Shown here one piece after another: positions 1 to 6,588 of a stretch of DNA of 14,417 nucleotides. Origin of the DNA: a virus. A program made the position numbers and the translations under genes. The first letter of the stretch is position 1; each line of letters begins with the position of its first letter. The stretch is from UHGV virus genome UHGV-0099904; one strand, written 5' to 3'. Under the pieces are notes generated by a model. That model saw only the letters and a program-made list of their open reading frames with translations, was not told the DNA's origin and ran no database searches.

Positions 1-14
1 AGCCTGGCGGTGGG

Positions 15-3000
15 ATGAACCTGTTAATCACCTCAGTGGATGGTGATAAAACCGCTGGCGCGGCGTCAGTGAATATTGGTGAATTCTACCAGGTAACTAT
101 TCAGCAGCGTAAGGATATTTCTCTTGCACTTAGCGCAGGTAAGAAATATGCAATTGTGCTGAAGGGAAGATACCTCCTTGGAGAAGATTCTTATCAGGTT
201 AATACCGCGTCACATATTCATGCGGCTGAATTTGTTGCCAGAACCTATACCGATTCATATCAGTTAGGAGATGGGGAACTGCTTGTTTGTACGGTGAATA
301 TCCCTGCTGGCGTATCTGCTATTACTAAGGAAATGATAGATGTATCCGACCGCATCGATCTCGCGATAGGCATTGAAATTTCCGACTCTGTAACCAGTAC
401 CAGAAGTGATGTCGCTGCAAGTTCGCTGGCGGTTAAAAAAGCCTACGATCTGGCTAAAAGCAAGTATACGGCGCAGGATGCAAGCACAACACAAAAGGGA
501 TTAGTTCAGCTCAGTAGCGCAACTAACAGCGACAGCGAAACAATGGCGGCTACCCCTAAAGCCGTTAAGTCTGTAAAAGAGCTGGCTGATACCAAAGCGC
601 CAATAGAAAGCCCGAGTCTGACAGGAACGCCAACCGCGCCGACGGCAGCGCAAGGTACAAACAGCACGCAGATCGCAAATACAGCCTTTGTTAAGGCAGC
701 TATAACGGCACTTATCAACGGTGCACCTGGCACACTGGATACGCTTAAAGAAATAGCGGCTGCGATCAATAACGACCCGAATTTCAGCACAACTATCAAC
801 AATGCTCTGGCTCTTAAAGCTCCTTTAGCAAGTCCTGCATTAACGGGAATACCTACTGCGCCTACCGCTGTACAGGGTACGAATAACACGCAGATTGCTA
901 CGACCGCTTATGTAAGAGCTGCTATCTCTGCATTGGTCGGCTCATCACCTGAAGCTCTTGATACCCTGAATGAGCTTGCAGCAGCACTGGGCAATGACCC
1001 GAACTTTGCGACAACAATGACAAATGCGCTGGCAGGCAAACAGCCACTTGATGCAACTTTAACCGCGCTTGCTGGTCTTGCGACAGGCGCAAATAAATTG
1101 CCGTACTTTACCGGTACAGACACTGTTTCTCAGACTGACTTAACGTCAGTCGGTCGCGATATTCTGGCCAAAACAAGCGTTCTTGCTGTTATCCAATACC
1201 TTGGTTTAAGAGAACTCGGTACCAGTGGTGAAAAGATCCCCCTGTTGAGCACGGCTAACACATGGAGTGCGCGCCAGACTTTCAACGGAGGGATCACCGG
1301 GGCGCTGACAGGGAACGCCGACACCGCGACGAAATTGAAAACAGCACGCACGATTGGCGGTGTGGCATTTGATGGCTCGGGCAATATCAATCTTCCAGGT
1401 GTAAATATAACAGGTAACCAGAACACCACGGGGAATGCTGCTACCGCGACAAAACTTGCGACGGTAAGAAACATCAACGGTGTTAAGTTTGATGGTTCTG
1501 CGGACATTTCGATACCAACAATTACGTCCAGAGGGCGTGTTACTGCGCTCACCGGTACAACACAAGGTGCTGCTACTGGATTGCAGATGTATGAGGCGTA
1601 CAACAATAGCTACCCGACCACGTATGGCAACGTATTGCACATGAAAGGTGCGAGTGCTGCTGGTGAGGGCGAGTTGCTTATTGGCTGGAGTAGTACGAGC
1701 GGTGCACATGCGCCGGTTTTCATTCGCTCCCGAAGAGATCACACTGATGCGGCATGGTCAGCGTGGGCGCAGGTATATACATCAAGGGACTCCATTCCTG
1801 GTGTGAATGCCACTGGCAATCAGAATACAACTGGCAATGCAGCAACCGCTACAAAACTACAGACGGCAAGAACTATCGGCGGAGTTAGCTTTGATGGTAC
1901 TGCGAATATTAATTTACCTGGTGTTAACGTTGCGGGTAATCAGAATACATCCGGTAACGCGGCTACAGCGACCAAGTTACAAACCGCGAGAACTATAAAT
2001 GGGGTGTCGTTTGACGGTTCTAAAAACATTGAGCTAACTCCAAGGTCTATAGGCACGATCAACTCTACAACCATGTCTTTTATTGGTGGTGCAGGATGGT
2101 TCAAGCTGGCAACTGTAACCATGCCACAGGCCAGTTCCGTGGTTTACATAAGTCTGATTGGTAGTTCTGGATATAATGTTAACTCCCCTATGCAGGCTGG
2201 TATATCTGAACTTGTTCTTCGTGCGGGAAATGGGAATCCAAAAGGTCTTACTGGTGCGTTATGGCGACGGACATCGGTTGGATTTACTAATTTTGCATGG
2301 GTGAATACATCCGGTGATACCTATGATGTTTATGTTGAAATAGGTAATTACGCCACTGGTGTAAATATCCAGTGGGATTATACCAGTAACGCCAGCGTAA
2401 CGATTCATACATCACCAAATTACACAGTAGATAAACCAACTGGTCTTACTGATGGAACGGTATATGTCATTTACAGTTCGCACATTAAACCGACCGCCAC
2501 GGATGTCGGCGCATTACCAATAACCGGAGGAAATCTCAACGGCGGTTTAACGGCTACTGGTGAGATCGTTTCAAGATATGCAAATGGTTTCCGCATTGCC
2601 TATGGAAGCTACGGATTCTTTATCCGAAACGATGGTTCAAACACATATTTCATGTTGACCAATTCGGGTAACAGCCTGGGAACCTATAATAATTTAAGGC
2701 CGCTTATCATTAACAATGCCAATGGTACTGTTACGATCGGTAATGGGCTCAATGTTACTGGCGGCATCAATGGTAGTTTGAACGGCAATGCTTCAACGGC
2801 TACGAAGTTGCAAACTGCTAGAAAAATAAGCGGCGTGTCTTTTGATGGTTCTGCTGATATAACACTAACAGCTGAAAATGTATCTGCTTTTGCTCTACGC
2901 GCTACTGGAACTTATGCCGATACTAGTGGTGCGGTCCCGTGGAATGCCGAATCAGGTGCGTATAATGTTACACGCTCCGGGGATTCTTATATCGTTGCAA

Positions 3001-4034
3001 ATTTTTATACAGGCGTAGGTAGTTGTCGGACTCTCCAAATCCGAGCGCACCATAAAAATGGTGGATTGTATTACCGTTCATCACGTGATGGCTATGGGTT
3101 CGAAGAGGGCTGGGCTCAGATATATACTAAAAAAGACAGCATCCCTGGTGTGAATACAACTGGTAATCAGAACACTACTGGCAATGCTGCAACTGCAACA
3201 AAACTGCAAACAGCACGCACAATAGGCGGAGTGTCATTCGATGGTAGTGCCAATATCGACCTGCCGGGCGTGAATAAAGCAGGTAATCAGAGCACTACCG
3301 GTAATGCCGCAACCGCAACGAAACTACAGACTGCACGCACTATCAACGGTGTTCAGTTTGATGGTTCTGCAAATATTACTTTAACTGCTGCTAACCTTGG
3401 CCTGAGCGATTCAAGCGGATATGTTGGGCGTTTGGTGAATACCCGGGTTTTCACTTCATCAGGTACGTATACCCCAACCCCAGGAACAAAACGGATCAGG
3501 GTCACAATAACGGGCGGCGGTGGCGGAGGGGGCGGCTGCAAGGCTATATCCAATAATGAAACGTTTTTCGGTGCTGGCGGCGGGGCAGGTGGGACAGTAA
3601 TCACCACGCTGATCCTGACGAAGGATAGTTATCCTGTCACTATCGGCGCAGGTGGGGCCGGCGGCGTTAGTGCGACGACCGGCCTCAAGGGCGGTGATAG
3701 CTCGTTCGGATCGGTAATAGCCCCTGGTGGTGAAGGTGGCGGGAAAGTGGGAGTTACAAACACAAACGGCGGTAACGGCGGTGTGCCAAGTACTGGCGGT
3801 ATCAACATCATTGGTGGACATGGAGGCGACGGTCAGTCCGGAAATATCGGCGTCAGCGGTGAAGGCGGAACATCGTACTGGGGGGGCGGTGGACGCGCAG
3901 GCGCTGGCGGTGGTGTTAGTGGTAAGGCATATGGTTCAGGTGGCGGTGGCGCATACGATGCCGGTTATAGCGGAACCAGTATGACGGGCGGGAAAGGTGC
4001 TGCTGGGATTTGTATTATCGAGGAGTTTGCATAA
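15..4034 (+). CDS. Phage tail fiber protein, 1339 aa; the frame has no upstream stop before the window edge, so the true N-terminus may lie upstream
   Basis: Single 4 kb ORF. Translation shows hallmark tail fiber motifs: KGLVQLSSATNSDSETMAATPKAVK near aa 160-185, PTAPTA..GTN.TQIA.TA(F/Y)V shaft repeats, repeated GNQNTTGNAATATKLQTARTIGGVSFDGSANI units, and a Gly-rich C-terminus. A tail fiber assembly gene follows with a TAATG stop/start overlap. Confidence 0.9.
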   Translation: MNLLITSVDGDKTAGAASVNIGEFYQVTIQQRKDISLALSAGKKYAIVLKGRYLLGEDSYQVNTASHIHAAEFVARTYTDSYQLGDGELLVCTVNIPAGVSAITKEMIDVSDRIDLAIGIEISDSVTSTRSDVAASSLAVKKAYDLAKSKYTAQDASTTQKGLVQLSSATNSDSETMAATPKAVKSVKELADTKAPIESPSLTGTPTAPTAAQGTNSTQIANTAFVKAAITALINGAPGTLDTLKEIAAAINNDPNFSTTINNALALKAPLASPALTGIPTAPTAVQGTNNTQIATTAYVRAAISALVGSSPEALDTLNELAAALGNDPNFATTMTNALAGKQPLDATLTALAGLATGANKLPYFTGTDTVSQTDLTSVGRDILAKTSVLAVIQYLGLRELGTSGEKIPLLSTANTWSARQTFNGGITGALTGNADTATKLKTARTIGGVAFDGSGNINLPGVNITGNQNTTGNAATATKLATVRNINGVKFDGSADISIPTITSRGRVTALTGTTQGAATGLQMYEAYNNSYPTTYGNVLHMKGASAAGEGELLIGWSSTSGAHAPVFIRSRRDHTDAAWSAWAQVYTSRDSIPGVNATGNQNTTGNAATATKLQTARTIGGVSFDGTANINLPGVNVAGNQNTSGNAATATKLQTARTINGVSFDGSKNIELTPRSIGTINSTTMSFIGGAGWFKLATVTMPQASSVVYISLIGSSGYNVNSPMQAGISELVLRAGNGNPKGLTGALWRRTSVGFTNFAWVNTSGDTYDVYVEIGNYATGVNIQWDYTSNASVTIHTSPNYTVDKPTGLTDGTVYVIYSSHIKPTATDVGALPITGGNLNGGLTATGEIVSRYANGFRIAYGSYGFFIRNDGSNTYFMLTNSGNSLGTYNNLRPLIINNANGTVTIGNGLNVTGGINGSLNGNASTATKLQTARKISGVSFDGSADITLTAENVSAFALRATGTYADTSGAVPWNAESGAYNVTRSGDSYIVANFYTGVGSCRTLQIRAHHKNGGLYYRSSRDGYGFEEGWAQIYTKKDSIPGVNTTGNQNTTGNAATATKLQTARTIGGVSFDGSANIDLPGVNKAGNQSTTGNAATATKLQTARTINGVQFDGSANITLTAANLGLSDSSGYVGRLVNTRVFTSSGTYTPTPGTKRIRVTITGGGGGGGGCKAISNNETFFGAGGGAGGTVITTLILTKDSYPVTIGAGGAGGVSATTGLKGGDSSFGSVIAPGGEGGGKVGVTNTNGGNGGVPSTGGINIIGGHGGDGQSGNIGVSGEGGTSYWGGGGRAGAGGGVSGKAYGSGGGGAYDAGYSGTSMTGGKGAAGICIIEEFA
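597..1040 (+). repeat. Tandem duplication of a ~74-aa shaft module inside the tail fiber gene (aa 195-268 and 269-342)
   Basis: APIESPSLTGTPTAPTAAQGTNSTQIANTAFVKAAITALINGAPGTLDTLKEIAAAINNDPNFSTTINNALALK versus APLASPALTGIPTAPTAVQGTNNTQIATTAYVRAAISALVGSSPEALDTLNELAAALGNDPNFATTMTNALAGK. The protein copies are clearly related while the DNA differs at many codon third positions. Confidence 0.8.
1299..1514 (+). repeat. First pair of ~40-aa TATKL fiber repeats (aa 429-500)
   Basis: TGNADTATKLKTARTIGGVAFDGSGNINLPGVN followed by ITGNQNTTGNAATATKLATVRNINGVKFDGSADISIP. Confidence 0.8.
1791..2036 (+). repeat. Second pair of TATKL fiber repeats (aa 593-674)
   Basis: IPGVNATGNQNTTGNAATATKLQTARTIGGVSFDGTANINLPGVNVAGNQNTSGNAATATKLQTARTINGVSFDGSKNIEL. 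Confidence 0.8.
3141..3383 (+). repeat. Third pair of TATKL fiber repeats (aa 1043-1123); a single copy also lies at about 2769-2867
   Basis: IPGVNTTGNQNTTGNAATATKLQTARTIGGVSFDGSANIDLPGVNKAGNQSTTGNAATATKLQTARTINGVQFDGSANITL. Near-identical in protein to the 1791-2036 copy, with many synonymous DNA differences. Confidence 0.8.
3492..4031 (+). repeat. Glycine-rich C-terminal tip domain of the tail fiber (aa ~1160-1339); GGN-rich low-complexity DNA
   Basis: Runs GGGGGGGG, GAGGGAGG, GAGGAGG, PGGEGGG, GGNGG, GGHGGDG, GEGG, GGGGRAGAGGG and GSGGGG alternate with short non-Gly segments. Includes a G7 homopolymer at 3880-3886. Confidence 0.75.
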
Positions 4035-4444
4035 TGAATGCGTCATATGCAGTTATTGAAAATGGGATGGTTGTGAATGTCATTGTCTGGGATGGCGAGG
4101 CTGAATTCACAGTGCCGGATAATCAGCAGCTCATTAATATTTCTGATATCAGTGAGCAGCCCGGAATCGGCTGGGTGTATTCAGACGGGGGATTTACTGC
4201 ACCACCCACTCCGGAACGTTCTCATGATGAACTGGTAGCTGACGCTGAACAGAAAAAACAGTCGCTGATTGATACCGCAATGGCTTCCATTAGTCTTATT
4301 CAACTGAAATTACAGGCCGGGCGGAATCTTACGCAGGCTGAAACCACCCGTCTTAACGCTGTGCTGGATTATATCGATGCGGTGACCGCAATGGATACCA
4401 GCACTGCACCAGATGTCAATTGGCCAGCGTTCCCGGAGGCGTAG
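4034..4444 (+). CDS. tfa: Tail fiber assembly protein (lambda Tfa / P1 U-like chaperone)
   Basis: C-terminal DTSTAPDVNWPAFPEA closely matches the lambda Tfa C-terminus as I recall it (DTSTAPDIEWPAVP). AGGAG at 4021-4025 sits 8 nt before the ATG at 4034, which overlaps the fiber TAA. The ORF-track start at 4010 is a TTG and is less likely. Confidence 0.9.
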   Translation: MNASYAVIENGMVVNVIVWDGEAEFTVPDNQQLINISDISEQPGIGWVYSDGGFTAPPTPERSHDELVADAEQKKQSLIDTAMASISLIQLKLQAGRNLTQAETTRLNAVLDYIDAVTAMDTSTAPDVNWPAFPEA

Positions 4445-4588
4445 TCCATTTAATAAAATATCTGGATCGCTGGAAGCATCGACTGGTTCCAGTGCGTCCG
4501 GATAATCGAGCTACAAGTTATCAGATGATTACCGTTCATGCCTCAAGAGTGAGCGCATGCTGCACCCACGCAAATTTAACTTTCATAC

Positions 4589-4642
4589 GACCAGAGTTTA
4601 CCTATCAAAAGCCTTTTTCACTCTGGTCGTTCAGCCTTTTTT
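4589..4642 (+). terminator. Candidate terminator or operator: 9-bp perfect inverted repeat GACCAGAGT/ACTCTGGTC with a 22-nt spacer, followed by a T6 run
   Basis: Arms at 4589-4597 and 4620-4628; TTTTTT at 4637-4642. It lies about 145 nt after the tfa stop. The loop is long for a classical intrinsic terminator. Confidence 0.3.
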
Positions 4643-4724
4643 CCACTCGCCTTGTCCTCAAAAATTAGCTCACATCCTGCGCTTTCAAGAGCGTTTCGTT
4701 GTAAAGCAGTGTTTTGTTCATTTG

Positions 4725-4752
4725 TTGATACGCGTACATAGCCTATTAGCAT
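4725..4752 (+). promoter_or_regulatory. Weak sigma70-like promoter candidate (TTGATA, 16-nt spacer, TAGCAT) in the AT-rich spacer upstream of the lyd/dar block
   Basis: Hexamers read directly from sequence in a 435-bp noncoding AT-rich region that precedes a long co-directional operon. A phage late-activator-dependent promoter is equally possible and I cannot place it by eye. Confidence 0.2.
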
Positions 4753-4879
4753 ATTTTCTGCTCACTATCGTTATTTATAGCAAGCTGCGGATTTTAATTA
4801 ACAAAAACCAGTATGTGTGGAAATCACAAAGTACATACCGTTTCCCAATGATATTTAATTCACTATTAAGGAAATAGTT

Positions 4880-5161
4880 ATGTGTGATTTCACAATAATG
4901 CTCCTCTCCATCCTTGGCGGGGTGCATTCGTTTCTGAATGGGGTTCGTGAAAAACGTTACGAAGCGTCATGCAGGCAATTGATGGCCGAGTGTATTGCTG
5001 CCGTACTTGCAGGCTTTATAGGCATGTATTTCGCGGAATATAAGGGTATGGATGAAAGTCTTCAGAATTGCGTGACTATTATTTGCAGCATCAATAACAG
5101 GCTCATTCTTGAAAAGTTACAAAGGATTATCGATTCGTACCTCAATAGAAATGCCTCTTAA
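4880..5161 (+). CDS. Small two-TM membrane protein, holin-like; paralog of the downstream LydA-like gene
   Basis: AAGGA at about 4868-4872 sits 8 nt before the ATG. Hydrophobic segments at aa 5-20 and 33-51. Aligns with the 5229-5558 product (LLSILGGVHSFLNGVRE versus LLSVIGGIGTFLMDVRD, with shared AV.AG, I.S.N and S.LN positions). Confidence 0.55.
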   Translation: MCDFTIMLLSILGGVHSFLNGVREKRYEASCRQLMAECIAAVLAGFIGMYFAEYKGMDESLQNCVTIICSINNRLILEKLQRIIDSYLNRNAS

Positions 5162-5202
5162 GCAACAAATGACCGGTTGAGAAGTTACTTTGCATACCAT
5201 TA

Positions 5203-5222
5203 CCTCCTGACAACGTAGGAGG
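5203..5222 (+). promoter_or_regulatory. Stem-loop CCTCCT-gacaacgt-AGGAGG that pairs the Shine-Dalgarno of the following holin gene with an upstream anti-SD
   Basis: 6-bp perfect complement; the AGGAGG arm at 5217-5222 is the only SD for the GTG start at 5229. Confidence 0.3.
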
Positions 5223-5228
5223 GAACTT

Positions 5229-5558
5229 GTGCTTGACACACAGGAATTAGCTCCAGTTGCTATTGCGCTCCTGCTTTCAGTAATTGGTGGGATAGGCACG
5301 TTCCTGATGGATGTCCGAGACGGTCGCCAGTCTGGCAATTTGTTGGGATTGGTTACGGAGATCTTTGTTGCAGTGACAGCTGGCGCGGTGGCGTACCTAT
5401 TGGGGCAACACGAGGGCTGGGAGTTATCAATTACGTACTTAATGGTAACGATAGCCAGCAATAACGGTCATGAGGTGATTTCAGGGATGAAACGAGTGAA
5501 TATCGATAGCATTCTGAATGTTCTTACAAGTTTGGTGAAAAAGGGAGGCGGGAAATGA
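5229..5558 (+). CDS. lydA: Holin (P1 LydA-like), 109 aa, GTG start
   Basis: Two to three hydrophobic helices (APVAIALLLSVIGGIGTFLM, LLGLVTEIFVAVTAGAVAYLLG) and a charged C-terminal tail (KKGGGK). It sits immediately upstream of the dar-like block, as lydA does in P1. Its stop overlaps the next start (ATGA). Confidence 0.55.
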   Translation: MLDTQELAPVAIALLLSVIGGIGTFLMDVRDGRQSGNLLGLVTEIFVAVTAGAVAYLLGQHEGWELSITYLMVTIASNNGHEVISGMKRVNIDSILNVLTSLVKKGGGK

Positions 5559-5998
5559 TTGGCTGGGGTGTATGCGTTCTTGCGTTAGCCTTAGCCGATC
5601 GCTATTTGCTAAAACGCAAGGACATCACGCATTTAGAACTTGGTGATGTGGAAATTAAACCGGGTTTCATCCGGGTGCCGTTCAAGTACCGGTCTAAATT
5701 CCCGTTTTTGCGCGGCGCAACGGTCAGATATTGGATCCGCGATGTTCAGAAGCCGACGACAGTGATTGAAGGTGAACAACGTTGTCTGACGTCGGCTGAA
5801 CAGGGCGAAAACAGTGAATGGTTGTACATACCCACTGAATATATGGGTAAAGGAGAGCGACTGTGGCATTTCAACGTCATGGTTACGCATGGCGACTCGT
5901 TCATTAACCCGTTGTATCGGATTTTCCCTGTTACTCAGCAAATCCGCAGAAGTTACGTAATAAATCTCGCACAGGATGTGTCAGATGACGAAAAATAA
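5555..5998 (+). CDS. lydB: Signal-anchored protein, 147 aa; candidate holin antagonist (P1 LydB-like)
   Basis: AGGGAGG precedes the ATG. N-terminal hydrophobic segment MIGWGVCVLALALA. Position between the holin and the hdf/darA block matches P1 gene order as I recall it. Function is inferred from synteny only. Confidence 0.45.
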   Translation: MIGWGVCVLALALADRYLLKRKDITHLELGDVEIKPGFIRVPFKYRSKFPFLRGATVRYWIRDVQKPTTVIEGEQRCLTSAEQGENSEWLYIPTEYMGKGERLWHFNVMVTHGDSFINPLYRIFPVTQQIRRSYVINLAQDVSDDEK

Positions 5999-6587
5999 GT
6001 ATGCAACGGTCGATTTTGACCAGGTTAATGAAAAGGGGCTGAAATCCCTTATCGCGGCGATCAATAAAACCGGTGTTACGGTAATTGAGGTTGACTCCAG
6101 CAACCGCGCAACAACGAAAGATGGCGTTAAAGTTAAAACCGCAAAGCTGGTTCTTAACGACGGACAAATTCTTGCCATACAGGTAAACGATACTGGCGAT
6201 ATATCGTCTGTGAAACTGAATGGAAAAGCTATTCCTAACGCTCAGTCGCCGGATATCAAGACGCTTGGTACCGTCATGGGACAGGCGGCCCGCAAAAACT
6301 CCGCAAAATTCCAGAAATCACTGATCGCCAAAGCGAAGCGTGTTGCCAATCCGGTAGACAAGAAACCGGCAGTTAAATCCAACTTTCAGCGCCTGCAAGA
6401 AGCAAAACAGCGGAATGCTCAGGTGGTTGCCGCTTATAAGTCCGCGCAGAATTCGGTGTCTTTCAATCAACAGCAGATCACTGATTTGCGGGCGAAGCTG
6501 GATAAGGAGACGGGCCGACTCAATAACGAAAAGGCACGGAATGGCGAACTCAAACGTCGTCTTAAGCAACTGAAAGCAGGAAATTAA
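5976..6587 (+). CDS. hdf: Hdf-like virion/head-morphogenesis protein, homologous to the middle of the downstream DarA-like protein; the start may be the second ATG at 5985
   Basis: Shares LNDGQILAIQ / LSDGQTISIL and ...KNSAKFQ... segments with the 6589-8508 product, followed by a K/R/Q-rich predicted coiled coil. The stop is 1 nt before the next ATG. Confidence 0.55.
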   Translation: MCQMTKNKYATVDFDQVNEKGLKSLIAAINKTGVTVIEVDSSNRATTKDGVKVKTAKLVLNDGQILAIQVNDTGDISSVKLNGKAIPNAQSPDIKTLGTVMGQAARKNSAKFQKSLIAKAKRVANPVDKKPAVKSNFQRLQEAKQRNAQVVAAYKSAQNSVSFNQQQITDLRAKLDKETGRLNNEKARNGELKRRLKQLKAGN

Positions 6588-6588
6588 C

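Noticed and set aside
1299-3383. The repeated about-120-bp units in the fiber gene as a possible CRISPR array or other noncoding repeat array
   Set aside because: The units are in-frame protein repeats with synonymous divergence, not identical direct repeats separated by unique spacers.
264-3984. Numerous ORFs of 60-180 aa inside the tail fiber gene on the minus strand and in alternate + frames (for example 506-889, 1130-1606, 1206-1742, 3459-3821, 3727-3984)
   Set aside because: All are fully embedded in the well-supported 4 kb fiber ORF. Their translations are low-complexity Ala/Val/Pro-rich mirror images of the Gly/Thr/Ala-rich fiber, with no RBS or start context.
4420-4877. ORFs 4420-4668 and 4557-4877 spanning the AT-rich spacer
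   Set aside because: No convincing Shine-Dalgarno, AT-rich codon composition unlike neighbouring genes, and one overlaps the tfa 3' end. More likely noncoding regulatory DNA, though a small gene cannot be excluded.
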